64,000 nucleotides of DNA from Subtercola sp. (GTDB taxonomy: Bacteria > Actinomycetota > Actinomycetes > Actinomycetales > Microbacteriaceae). The notes under the pieces were generated by a model. That model saw only the letters and a program-made list of their open reading frames with translations. It had not been told where the DNA came from and searched no databases. Below, piece by piece: positions 9,380-18,369 of the stretch. The stretch is taken from contig JAODBC010000003.1 in assembly GCA_025463765.1 (NCBI GenBank), positions 2,383 to 66,382 on the forward strand, written 5' to 3'. Every line of letters starts with the position of its first letter. Positions within the stretch are counted from its first letter, which is position 1. The translations under genes were made by a program, and so were the position numbers.

Positions 9380-10900
9380 ATGGACGAGCCCGCCATCGAA
9401 CCGCAGCACGACCCGCTCATCGGTTCGCTGCGCCGCGCGGTCGAGGCTACGCCCGGCGACATTCACCTGCGCCTGCTGCTCGGCCAGTTGCTGCTGAAGG
9501 CGGGGTCGACCGGTGACGCCATCGCGCAGGCCGCGAGCATCCTGCAGCTGGCGCCGGGCAATACGGATGCCCGGCAGCTCATGACCGAAGCGTTCGCCGC
9601 CCCGGCTGTTGCCGTCGCGGCAGAACCCGCATCCGCCGAGCCCCGCGCGTCTTCTGAACCCTCGGCGCCGACCACCACAAGCGGGTCATTTCCGGCCGAG
9701 CCGGTCCCGCCCGACTCCGCCGAACGCCCGGCGCCCAGCCCCGAAGCCGGGCCGCGCGCCGCAGAACCCCACGCGACTGGGCCGCTCCCCACCAGCCCCG
9801 AATCCGCCGCGAGCGACGCCGCCGTGGCCGGCGAACCCGCCCCCGAGGCCGCCTCTACCCCCGCACCCACCTCCGCCGAGCATCCGACGGCCACCCCCCG
9901 GCCCCCCGCAGATGAGCCGCCCACCGAGCCCGACTTCGACTGGAGCGCCGCCGAGAACGACGTGCACGAACTCGCGAAGCCGATGTTCGTCGACTCCGCC
10001 CCCAGCGTCGCACCCGGCTCGTCGTTCGACATCGAGCGTTCCGTGGTCACCCTTGCCGACGTTGGCGGCATGAAGAGCATCAAAGACCGGCTGAACGCCG
10101 CCTTTCTCGCCCCGCTGAAGAACCCAGAACTCCGAAAGCTCTACTCCAAGAGCCTCAAGGGCGGCCTGCTGATGTACGGCCCTCCCGGCTGCGGTAAGAC
10201 GTTCATCGCCCGCGCGATCGCCGGCGAGCTGGGCGCCCACTTCTTGAACATCGGCCTCGCCGACATACTCGACCCCATGCTCGGCAACAGCGAGCAGAAC
10301 GTGCACGAAGCGTTCGAGCTGGCCAGGCGCGAAGCCCCCTGCGTGATCTTCTTCGACGAGATCGACGCCCTCGGCCAGCGCCGCAGCCAGACCCGCAACA
10401 GCGCACTGCGCGGCACCGTGAACCAGCTGCTCACCGAGCTCGACGGCGTGGCGGACCAGAACGAGGGCGTCTTCGTGCTCGCGGCCACGAACCAGCCGTG
10501 GGACGTCGACCCCGCCCTGCGCCGCCCCGGCCGGTTCGACCGTACCGTGCTGGTGCTGCCGCCCGACGAAGAGGCGCGCGAGTCGATCTTCCGCTACCAC
10601 CTGCAGCACCGCCCCGTCGAAGGAATCGAGCTGCAGGCTCTCGCCCGGGCATCCGCGGGCCTGTCGGGCGCCGATATCGCCTATGTCTGCGAGGTGGCGG
10701 CGGAGCACGCGCTCATCGACAGTGCGAGCACGGGCGTGCTGCGCATGATCGGTATGAAAGACGTGACCGATGCCCTCTCAGAAGTCACTGCTTCGACCTC
10801 GAGCTGGCTCGACAGCGCCCGCAACGTGGTGCTCTTCGGCGACGACGACGGCACCTACGCCGAGTTGAAGGCGTATCTCAAGAAGGCCAAGCGGCTGTGA
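9380..10900 (+). CDS. AAA+ ATPase with N-terminal TPR-like helices and a Pro/Ala-rich linker
   Basis: Walker A GPPGCGKT, Walker B IFFDEID, SRH ATNQPWDVDPALRRPGRFD. Confidence 0.93.
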   Translation: MDEPAIEPQHDPLIGSLRRAVEATPGDIHLRLLLGQLLLKAGSTGDAIAQAASILQLAPGNTDARQLMTEAFAAPAVAVAAEPASAEPRASSEPSAPTTTSGSFPAEPVPPDSAERPAPSPEAGPRAAEPHATGPLPTSPESAASDAAVAGEPAPEAASTPAPTSAEHPTATPRPPADEPPTEPDFDWSAAENDVHELAKPMFVDSAPSVAPGSSFDIERSVVTLADVGGMKSIKDRLNAAFLAPLKNPELRKLYSKSLKGGLLMYGPPGCGKTFIARAIAGELGAHFLNIGLADILDPMLGNSEQNVHEAFELARREAPCVIFFDEIDALGQRRSQTRNSALRGTVNQLLTELDGVADQNEGVFVLAATNQPWDVDPALRRPGRFDRTVLVLPPDEEARESIFRYHLQHRPVEGIELQALARASAGLSGADIAYVCEVAAEHALIDSASTGVLRMIGMKDVTDALSEVTASTSSWLDSARNVVLFGDDDGTYAELKAYLKKAKRL

Positions 10901-10943
10901 CGCGCGCGCGGCCGGCCGTAGCGCCCTCGAGCGGGGGTGCACG

Positions 10944-12029
10944 ATGACAGCTGAGAACCCGGCACGAGCCGACGACTCAGCCCTGCTGCACGCGCGCACG
11001 TACCTCTCACTCGGCAAGCCGGCGGATGCCCTGCGAGCGCTCGCGGCCCATCTCGCCACCCATCCCGACGACGAACGCGGCCTCTGCCTTGCCAGCCAGG
11101 CCCACCTGGTGTCGGGCGAACCTGCTCGCGCCCTGGATGCCGCCCAGCGTGCCGCCGCCCTCACCCCCGACAACGAGTGGGCCTGGCGGCTGGTGGCGCT
11201 GTCGTACTCCAAGCTCGGGCGGCACGCCGAAGCGCGAGCAGCAGCGGCCACCGCGCTGGCCATCGCGCCGCAGCTCTGGGTCACCCACGCACAGGTCGCG
11301 CAGGTCGATATTGCCGCAAAGCGCATCACGGCCGAATCCCGCCTCGCCGCCCGAGAGGCGACGCGGCTCGCGCCGATGGAGCCCGACGCCCATCTCACGG
11401 CCGGCAATGTGGCCCTGGCCTCACACGATTGGAGCGCGGCAGAAAGCGCGTTCCGCTCAGCGCTGAAGCTCGAACCGGGCCACGCCGCGGCGCGCAACAA
11501 CCTCTCGCTCGTGCTGCTGCGGCAGGGTAAGGCCGGCAGCGCGGCTGCCGGGTTTGTCGACATTCTCGCCACCGACCCCGATTCCGAGGTCGCGGTGCGC
11601 AACCTGCGGGCGGTCGCGGCGGTGGCCCTTCGGCACCTGCACTTCGTGCTCTGGGTGGCGTTCGCTATCGTCACGGTGGCGTTCTCGAGCGCCAGCCAAT
11701 CTGACGGGTCGCCGATGTACGGCATCGTCTGGTCGGATTTTCTGGCACTCGTCGCGGCCGTGTCGGGCACCGTGGTGCTCGTGTATGTGCTGCGTCTGAG
11801 GCGATCGGCGGGCGCCAGGTTCGGCCAGTTCATCCGCAGCGTGCCCCGGCTCGACCGGCTGCTCACGGTGTGGGCGGGGCTGCTGGCCGTCGACTACCTG
11901 CTGATGGTCGGGGCATGCTTCACGTCAGTGCATTTTGCGCAGTTGCTCTACCTGCTGGCCGGCGGAATACTCGTGGCCGGCTCTGTCGTGGTGATCGTGC
12001 GCCGCAACCGCGGGCGCGTTCGTATCTGA
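10944..12029 (+). CDS. TPR-repeat protein with about 4 C-terminal TM helices
   Basis: Several TPR-like repeats (AAALTPDN, ALKLEPGHAAARNNL) followed by hydrophobic segments. Confidence 0.85.
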   Translation: MTAENPARADDSALLHARTYLSLGKPADALRALAAHLATHPDDERGLCLASQAHLVSGEPARALDAAQRAAALTPDNEWAWRLVALSYSKLGRHAEARAAAATALAIAPQLWVTHAQVAQVDIAAKRITAESRLAAREATRLAPMEPDAHLTAGNVALASHDWSAAESAFRSALKLEPGHAAARNNLSLVLLRQGKAGSAAAGFVDILATDPDSEVAVRNLRAVAAVALRHLHFVLWVAFAIVTVAFSSASQSDGSPMYGIVWSDFLALVAAVSGTVVLVYVLRLRRSAGARFGQFIRSVPRLDRLLTVWAGLLAVDYLLMVGACFTSVHFAQLLYLLAGGILVAGSVVVIVRRNRGRVRI

Positions 12030-12180
12030 ACCGTGGCCGTCGCGTGCGCCGGGCTGGGGCTTGCTCGGCGCGGCGCGGCCTCTTCGGCGCGGCGCAGCTT
12101 ATTCATAGACTTGCCCTCTACGGTCGAGGGTTGTACCGAATCGGCCGCGCAGCTGCGGCCGCAATGAACGAGGAGTTTTC

Positions 12181-13116
12181 GTGCCGCCAACCGACTACGA
12201 AGCCGAACTGCGCGACCTGCCGAAAAAGGAGCGCAAGGCGCTGCAGCGCGAATTCTTGCGCATTCAGCGCGAAGACGAGCGCAAGCGTCGCCGGCGCAAC
12301 AAGATCATTCTGCGCACGAGTCTCATCACGGTGGGAGTCGCGGCCCTCGCCATCGCCGCTCTCGTCATCGTGAACAATGTGCGTGCGGGGCTCGCGGGCC
12401 CTGCCAACATGGCCAGTGACGGCATCGTCTTCAGCGGCAGCAGTACCGATGGAACGAGCGCCACGGCGACGACCACGGCTGCCACATCGCCGGCCCTGCA
12501 AGTCGGTCAGACTCCCACCCCGACTGTTCTCGATAAGAGCAGCGGCAAGCTCAGCGTGGTTCTCTACGTCGACTATGCCAGCGCCGACGCGGCCAGCTTC
12601 GAGACGACAAACGCCTCGAATGTGCAGGGCTGGGTGGGCCAAGGCTACGCCACCCTCGAAATCCACCCCGTGGCGCTCAGCAGCACCGACGGCAACGACT
12701 CGTCGACCCGTGCCGCCAATGCGGTCGCCTGTGTCGCGAACACCACCCCCGACGCCGTGCTCGCCGTGCACAACGCGCTGATCGCCGATCAGAAGACAAT
12801 CGCCGGCGCCGGTGTCACCGATGCCGATCTCGTCGCCCTCGTCACCAAGGCCGGCGTCACCGATGCCGCCGTGTCGAAGTGCATCACCGGCAACGAATTC
12901 GACAACTGGGTGAGCGACTCCACCGCGCGCGCGAAAGCAAGCCTGCCGAACTCCGATGTGCCGGCGCTCACGAAGATTCCCCTGGTCTTGATCGACGGAA
13001 CCAGTTACACCGGGTCGCTCACCGACGCCACCGCCTTCGAGACCTTCGTGAGCGACACCTTCACGAAGAACACCCCCGCCAGCACCGCCACCCCCACCCC
13101 GACACCTACCCCCTGA
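12181..13116 (+). CDS. Membrane-anchored DsbA/thioredoxin-fold protein lacking CxxC
   Basis: Basic N-terminus plus TM helix; PANMASDG, VVLYVDY, LEIHPVA, STRAANAVACVA match actinobacterial DsbA-like proteins. Confidence 0.8.
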   Translation: MPPTDYEAELRDLPKKERKALQREFLRIQREDERKRRRRNKIILRTSLITVGVAALAIAALVIVNNVRAGLAGPANMASDGIVFSGSSTDGTSATATTTAATSPALQVGQTPTPTVLDKSSGKLSVVLYVDYASADAASFETTNASNVQGWVGQGYATLEIHPVALSSTDGNDSSTRAANAVACVANTTPDAVLAVHNALIADQKTIAGAGVTDADLVALVTKAGVTDAAVSKCITGNEFDNWVSDSTARAKASLPNSDVPALTKIPLVLIDGTSYTGSLTDATAFETFVSDTFTKNTPASTATPTPTPTP

Positions 13117-13139
13117 CCCCCACACCACGCTTCATCCCG

Positions 13140-13198
13140 GTCAGATGACAAGAAGTCGTGCAGACCCGGCTGTTCGGGCGACTTTCTTGTGATCTCGT
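13140..13198. repeat. Imperfect inverted repeat (REP-like or terminator)
   Basis: gatgacaagaagtcg ... cgactttcttgtgatc. Confidence 0.5.
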
Positions 13199-13253
13199 CA
13201 GGCATACAGGGGGCTTTCAACCAACGAGAAGGCAGATGGGGCAGAGTGGGGGC

Positions 13254-13703
13254 ATGTTTAGACGCCACCCGCTGCTGAGCGCCTTCACGATCGCGTACCT
13301 CGGCGTGGTGGCGTGGGTGACGCTCGGGCCGCAGCCGCTCGACCACAAAGCCGAGGGCATGCTCTTTCAGGCGCTGCGGTTCTTCGGCCGGCACGCCTCC
13401 ACCGACTGGATCACCTACGACCGAGTCGAGTTCACAGCGAACATCGCCATGTTCTTTCCCATTGGGCTGTTCTTTCTGCTGCTGTTCGGCCGGCGGCAGT
13501 GGTGGCTCGCGATACTCGTCGGTTTTCTCATGACCGTGAGCATCGAGACGGCCCAGTTGTTCTTGCCGGGACGCGTCTCTGATGTGCGCGATGTGGTGTC
13601 GAACACCATTGGCGCCACGCTCGGCGTACTCACCGGTCTGGTGCTGACGGCCGCAAAAGCGCGGCGTCTGCGCAGACAGCGAGCGCTCGCAGCGACCGCC
13701 TGA
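13254..13703 (+). CDS. VanZ family membrane protein
   Basis: EFTANIAMFFPIG, SIETAQLFLPGRVSDVRDVVSNTIG. Confidence 0.9.
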   Translation: MFRRHPLLSAFTIAYLGVVAWVTLGPQPLDHKAEGMLFQALRFFGRHASTDWITYDRVEFTANIAMFFPIGLFFLLLFGRRQWWLAILVGFLMTVSIETAQLFLPGRVSDVRDVVSNTIGATLGVLTGLVLTAAKARRLRRQRALAATA

Positions 13704-13761
13704 GTGCGCGACGGGCGCTAGCGGCCCCGCACACCCGTGCCGGCCGCACACCCGGTGCCGA

Positions 13762-15339
13762 TCAGACCAGCCCGTATCGGGCCGCAGCGGCTTCGGCCTC
13801 TTCGCGGTTCGCGACGCCCAGCTTGCGGTAGACACTGCGTAACTGCGACTTGATGGTGTTGTGGCTCACCTGAAGCGCGGCGGCGATTTCGGCGATGGAT
13901 GCCCCGCCGCGCAACTCCGCCAGCACCGACCTCTCCCGCGGCGACAGCGGAGCAATCGTGATCGGCGCCGGCGCGAAAATGCCGCGCTCGAGCGCCTGTT
14001 CGACGACCGCACGACCGCCCGGAACGGTATCGAGCTCGGTCATCGCGGCGAGCCGCGCGAGATCGCCCCGCGAGATCACGGTCAACACCGTGAGCAGCCC
14101 GTCGCGCACGACGGAGTGCACGACGCGCTCGAACTCCTGAACGGCCCGCTCGTCGTCGCCGGCGTGCATCGCACACACGGCATTCACCAGCAGCGCAGAT
14201 GCCAGCGGCGCGAGTCGAGCGTCATCGAGGGTGACCAGCTCGGCGGCGAACCGCCCGGCGGCCGCATCATCTGCTGCGACCAGTTCGATCGCCGCCTGCT
14301 CCACCAGCATCGACTGTGAGAAGCGTTTCTGCGATGCCAGGTGCTCGTTCACGATCTGCCGAGCCCGATCGGGGTGTTGCAGCGCCAGATGCGCCTGCAC
14401 GCGAGCTCGAGTGAGCACCTGGGCGTTCAGCCCCGACTCGCTGAGAGCCGGCGGGTTTCGTTGCACCGCGCTCGCAATCGAGCTGAGCAGCTCTCGCGCC
14501 TGCCAGGCGTCGCCCACCAGCCGGCTGCGCAAAAACAACTCCACCGCCCAGTACTCGGGCGACAGCGCGAGATCGACATCGGAATCCAGAATCTCGGTCG
14601 CCTCGGCATAACGCAATTCGCCGTAGAGCAGCAACACCCGGGCCAAGTGCGCCGTCGTGGCGTTGCGTGTTCCTTGCCAGCTCTCGGTGGCCGGCATGCG
14701 GCCGAGCCACGACCGTGCTTCGTCGAAATAGCCCGACAGCGCCGAGAGCCATGCGAGTGCACCGGCGGCCTTCGCCGTGACGAGTTCGTCGCCGGCCACG
14801 ACCGCGAGGTCGTAGGCGTCGCGGTATTCCCGGTATGCCGCCAGCCCTTGTGCCGCGAACTCTCGGGCCTTTCCCCAGTGAAAGACGAGCTCGGGCAGGG
14901 CCGGCTGCAATTGCATCAGCACGTCTTCGGTAGCGTCGGTCAAAACCTCGCGCGCTTCATCCACACTCTCGGCTGCAAGCGCGAACTGGCCCGCCGAACG
15001 CCGGGCGCCGCTTCGGCTGGTGAGCCGGGCGAGTACGTCGAGCAGGGCCTCCGGATGCCCGGCCGCCGACTGATCGCGAAACTGCACGGGGCGCGGTGCG
15101 TCGCCCGAGGGAATGAATTCGACGTAGCTGCGAGCAGCCGCAAGCCGCGGATGCTCGGCGATCACCTCGGGCGGCAATGCCTCGAGCGCTGTGCGCAGCC
15201 CGGAGATGTCGGCTGCCATGAGAGCCGACCAGTGCCGCTCGATCAGACCGACCGCGTCGGCCCATCGCCCGCCGTCGACGGCAGAAGCCAATTGCTCGGC
15301 CAAATCATTCTGCGGCCGACCCGCACCGTCATTCCCCAC
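13762..15339 (-). CDS. MalT/LuxR-type transcriptional regulator
   Basis: C-terminal LuxR HTH LSPRERSVLAEL...IAEIAAALQVSHNTIKSQLRSVYRKLGV. Confidence 0.88.
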   Translation of the reverse strand: MGNDGAGRPQNDLAEQLASAVDGGRWADAVGLIERHWSALMAADISGLRTALEALPPEVIAEHPRLAAARSYVEFIPSGDAPRPVQFRDQSAAGHPEALLDVLARLTSRSGARRSAGQFALAAESVDEAREVLTDATEDVLMQLQPALPELVFHWGKAREFAAQGLAAYREYRDAYDLAVVAGDELVTAKAAGALAWLSALSGYFDEARSWLGRMPATESWQGTRNATTAHLARVLLLYGELRYAEATEILDSDVDLALSPEYWAVELFLRSRLVGDAWQARELLSSIASAVQRNPPALSESGLNAQVLTRARVQAHLALQHPDRARQIVNEHLASQKRFSQSMLVEQAAIELVAADDAAAGRFAAELVTLDDARLAPLASALLVNAVCAMHAGDDERAVQEFERVVHSVVRDGLLTVLTVISRGDLARLAAMTELDTVPGGRAVVEQALERGIFAPAPITIAPLSPRERSVLAELRGGASIAEIAAALQVSHNTIKSQLRSVYRKLGVANREEAEAAAARYGLV

Positions 15340-15400
15340 GACCTCATTATGATACGAGAGCAGGCACCCTGGCGCAGAAACGCGACGATCCGCGCCCAGA

Positions 15401-15475
15401 GATCAGCAGCGGTCCGTGACAGCGATCAGCGACAGCGGTCTGTGACACCGATCAGCCGCAGCGGTCAACGACAGC
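15401..15475. repeat. Degenerate tandem repeat, 3 units of 23-26 bp
   Basis: gatcagcagcggtccgtgacagc / gatcagcgacagcggtctgtgacacc / gatcagccgcagcggtcaacgacagc. Confidence 0.7.
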
Positions 15476-15503
15476 GGACAGCGCCAGCGGACACCGCCAG
15501 AAG

Positions 15504-16775
15504 TCAGCGACGCTGGGCGCGTTGCTTTCGCTGCACGACGAGAACGCTGAGGCCGGCGCCGAGGAACAGCAGCGCCAAGACTCCGGCGCCCGCGAGAAAC
15601 GGCTCGGAGATACCGGTCGCAGCGAGCGAAGCCGAGGCCGCCACAGCGGTCGTCGTGGGCGTGCTCACTGAAACGACGTCAGCAGGCTCAGTGACGGTCG
15701 GAGTCGGAGTCGGAGTCGGCGTGGGGCTGGTGATCGTTGCAGGAAAGGCAGCCGCGATGATCGTCTGCGTGGTCGCGGCCATGAAGTCGACGCCCGCTGC
15801 GTTCGGGTGCAGCGACTTCTCGTCGATGACGGGCGAACCCGTGGCGAACGAGACATCGACGCCATTGACGTATGGCGTGCTGTCGCAGACACTGTGACCG
15901 GCCGAGTCTTCGAAGGTCGGAACGTAGGTGAGACCCAGCGCCGGGCTGGTCGAGATGGACTTCACCAGTGCGGCAAGGTTCGTCTCCACAGTGTGCAAGA
16001 AGGGCGTCGGCGGGGTGGTGTCGTCACCGACCACATCGGCGTCGGTGAACGGAAAGCTGTTCTGCTGGGTGATCGGCGAGAAGCAGTTCGGCGCGCCGAA
16101 GGCCGGCGCGATGGTCGGGTAGCCCAGCACGAAGATCTTGGCGTTGGGGGCGGCCGCCTTGACGGCCGCGTAGGTCTGGGTCAAAGCCGTCTGGATGTCG
16201 GCGAAACTCGCCGCGATCTGCGGGCCGAGAAACGACTTGCAGTTCGACTGCGTCGGCTCGAGCAGAAGCGGCCCTGCCGCCTTCGCCGCGGCGCAGGCGC
16301 CTGCCACCTGGGTGAACTTCAGGTTGTTGCCACCGACGGTCAGCGTCACGATGTCGGTGCTGGCGCTCAGCGCGGTCGCCTGCGGTGGCACGCTCGTGGT
16401 CGTGGTTCCGTCGGTGACAATCTGGTTCTGAGTGGTGATGTTGTTAGCCGTGGCGCCCGCACAGGTCACGTCGGTGAGCTTCAGCCCGAGGGCCGCGGCG
16501 AGCTGGTGCGGATAGTTGTTCGAGGACTGCCCGCAGCCGGCAGCGGGCTGGTCGGTCTGCGGGTCGACGCCGAGCCCCGACGAGTAGGAGTCACCCAGGG
16601 CGACGTAGTTCAGCCCGGCGGTCGGCAGTGCTGCCGGGTCGACGGCAGCCGCGGTACTCGCGCTGGCACCGGCGGCAGGCACGACGATGAGCCCCGCGAC
16701 GGCGATGGACGAGACCACTATTGCCCACCGTTTCGCCCGGCGCATTCGGATTCGGCTCGCCTGTGATGAAGTCAT
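15504..16775 (-). CDS. Secreted SGNH/GDSL hydrolase with LAxTG sortase signal
   Basis: YVALGDSYSSG, TVGGNN, SLHPN; PT-rich linker, LAATG, TM helix and basic tail. Confidence 0.9.
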   Translation of the reverse strand: MTSSQASRIRMRRAKRWAIVVSSIAVAGLIVVPAAGASASTAAAVDPAALPTAGLNYVALGDSYSSGLGVDPQTDQPAAGCGQSSNNYPHQLAAALGLKLTDVTCAGATANNITTQNQIVTDGTTTTSVPPQATALSASTDIVTLTVGGNNLKFTQVAGACAAAKAAGPLLLEPTQSNCKSFLGPQIAASFADIQTALTQTYAAVKAAAPNAKIFVLGYPTIAPAFGAPNCFSPITQQNSFPFTDADVVGDDTTPPTPFLHTVETNLAALVKSISTSPALGLTYVPTFEDSAGHSVCDSTPYVNGVDVSFATGSPVIDEKSLHPNAAGVDFMAATTQTIIAAAFPATITSPTPTPTPTPTVTEPADVVSVSTPTTTAVAASASLAATGISEPFLAGAGVLALLFLGAGLSVLVVQRKQRAQRR

Positions 16776-16852
16776 GGTGTTCCTCGTCTGAAAAGGAGCG
16801 GATGCTCGTGGCAGTGCTGTCGCCTGCCGGTACATCTCGGGGTGCCCAAACC

Positions 16853-18214
16853 CTACCAGCGAAAGGCCCGGCCGTGGTGGCTTTCGGGCAGGTGCGGGCC
16901 GGCCCCGAACATCCGTTCGCGAAGCGTCTGACCGGAATGTTCGACAGGCGCCAAGCCGCGCTCTCGGAGCACAGGCAGAATCAAGTCGATGAAGTCGTCG
17001 TACGTTGCAGGTGTCAAATGCGGCTGAATCAAGAATCCATCGGCACCTGTTGCCCCCACGAACGCTTCGATCTGATCGACCACTTCGTGAGGCGTGCCGA
17101 CGAAGACGCTTCCGTTGATGCCGGTGGTGCGAAAGTTCTCGAGAATGTCGCGCACCAGTGGCGCGGGGGTGCCGTCTTTGGCGAGGTAGCGTTCGAGGTT
17201 GCTCTGCCCCATCTCTGTGCTGGTCTGCGCCAGCGGTTTATCGGGGTCGAGCGCGAGCAGGTCGACTCCCGTATTGCCCGCATAGATCGCCGCAGCCCCC
17301 TCTCTGGTCGACATCGACAGCATCTCGTCGTACTTCGCCACGGCCTCGGCGTGTGTCGGTGCCGTGATGAACAGCGCGCCGACGAGCAGCTTGATCGAGT
17401 CGGCGTCGCGACCCTGCGCGACGGCGCTCTCGCGAATGCCTGCGACATTCTTCGCCACCACCACCGGGTCGCCGCCTGCCAAGAAGACCGCTTCGGCGTT
17501 TCGCCCGGCGAACTGCCGGCCGCGGCCCGACGCGCCGGCCTGCACGAGCAGCGGCGTGCGTTGCGGCGACGGCGGAACATTCAGCAGCCCGTCGGTACGA
17601 AAGTACTGCCCCTCGTAGTGCACCAGACGCACCTTGTCGGGGTCGGCGTACAGACCGGCCGCCTTGTCGAGCACGAGGGCATCGTCTTTCCACGAGCCCT
17701 CCCAGAGAGTGAGGTTCACGTCGACATATTCGTCGGCCATGTCGTACCGCACGTCGTGCGAGATCAGGTCTTTTCCCATCAGCGCGGCCGCCGTAGCGCC
17801 CGACGAGCCGGTCACGATGTTCCAGCCGATACGCCCGTCGGTGAAGTGATCGAGCGTGGCGAACCGGCGAGCGTTCGCGGCGGGCGGTTCGACCGTGGTC
17901 GAGGTGGTGAGAATGAACCCGAGATCTCTCGTCACGGCCGCCATCGCCGTGATGATCGGCATCGGATCGCCGTGCGGTATTCCGCGCCCTTCTCGCACCG
18001 AGGCTTCGATCAGCTCGCCGGCGAGGGCCGGGTACCCGTAGCTGTCGGCGAGAAACAGAAAGTCGAGGTTCGCCGCCTCGAACTTCTGCGCCAGCTCGGT
18101 CCAGTGCCGGATGCTCAGAAACTCTGCCGAGGTATCGGAGGGGTGTTGCCAGGCCGAGCCGATGGTTCCGTTGGGGCCGATGTACTGAAAGATGCCGAGA
18201 ATGAGCGGATTCAT
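16853..18214 (-). CDS. NtaA/DmoA family FMN-dependent monooxygenase
   Basis: DFLFLADSYG, RFATLDHFTDGRIGWNIVT, QAGASGRGRQFA; start reassigned to ATG 18214 (MNPLILGIF). Confidence 0.92.
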   Translation of the reverse strand: MNPLILGIFQYIGPNGTIGSAWQHPSDTSAEFLSIRHWTELAQKFEAANLDFLFLADSYGYPALAGELIEASVREGRGIPHGDPMPIITAMAAVTRDLGFILTTSTTVEPPAANARRFATLDHFTDGRIGWNIVTGSSGATAAALMGKDLISHDVRYDMADEYVDVNLTLWEGSWKDDALVLDKAAGLYADPDKVRLVHYEGQYFRTDGLLNVPPSPQRTPLLVQAGASGRGRQFAGRNAEAVFLAGGDPVVVAKNVAGIRESAVAQGRDADSIKLLVGALFITAPTHAEAVAKYDEMLSMSTREGAAAIYAGNTGVDLLALDPDKPLAQTSTEMGQSNLERYLAKDGTPAPLVRDILENFRTTGINGSVFVGTPHEVVDQIEAFVGATGADGFLIQPHLTPATYDDFIDLILPVLRERGLAPVEHSGQTLRERMFGAGPHLPESHHGRAFRW

Positions 18215-18256
18215 GCATCCATCTACCCACACAGACATTTCGGGCTCGTGTCGAGG

Positions 18257-18288
18257 GATCGACAGATCGACAGATCGACAGATCGACA
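18257..18288. repeat. Tandem repeat (GATCGACA)x4 in a divergent promoter region
   Basis: Four perfect 8-mers. Confidence 0.9.
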
Positions 18289-18369
18289 GCGAATCGACGG
18301 CGGTCAACCGGGTGCAGCGGATTCCGCCGGAATAGTTCGCCCCGCTAACGACCGACGTAGAATCGAGTG

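Noticed and set aside
15401-18288. Short repeats as a possible CRISPR array
   Set aside because: No unique spacers, units too short or degenerate, and no cas genes.
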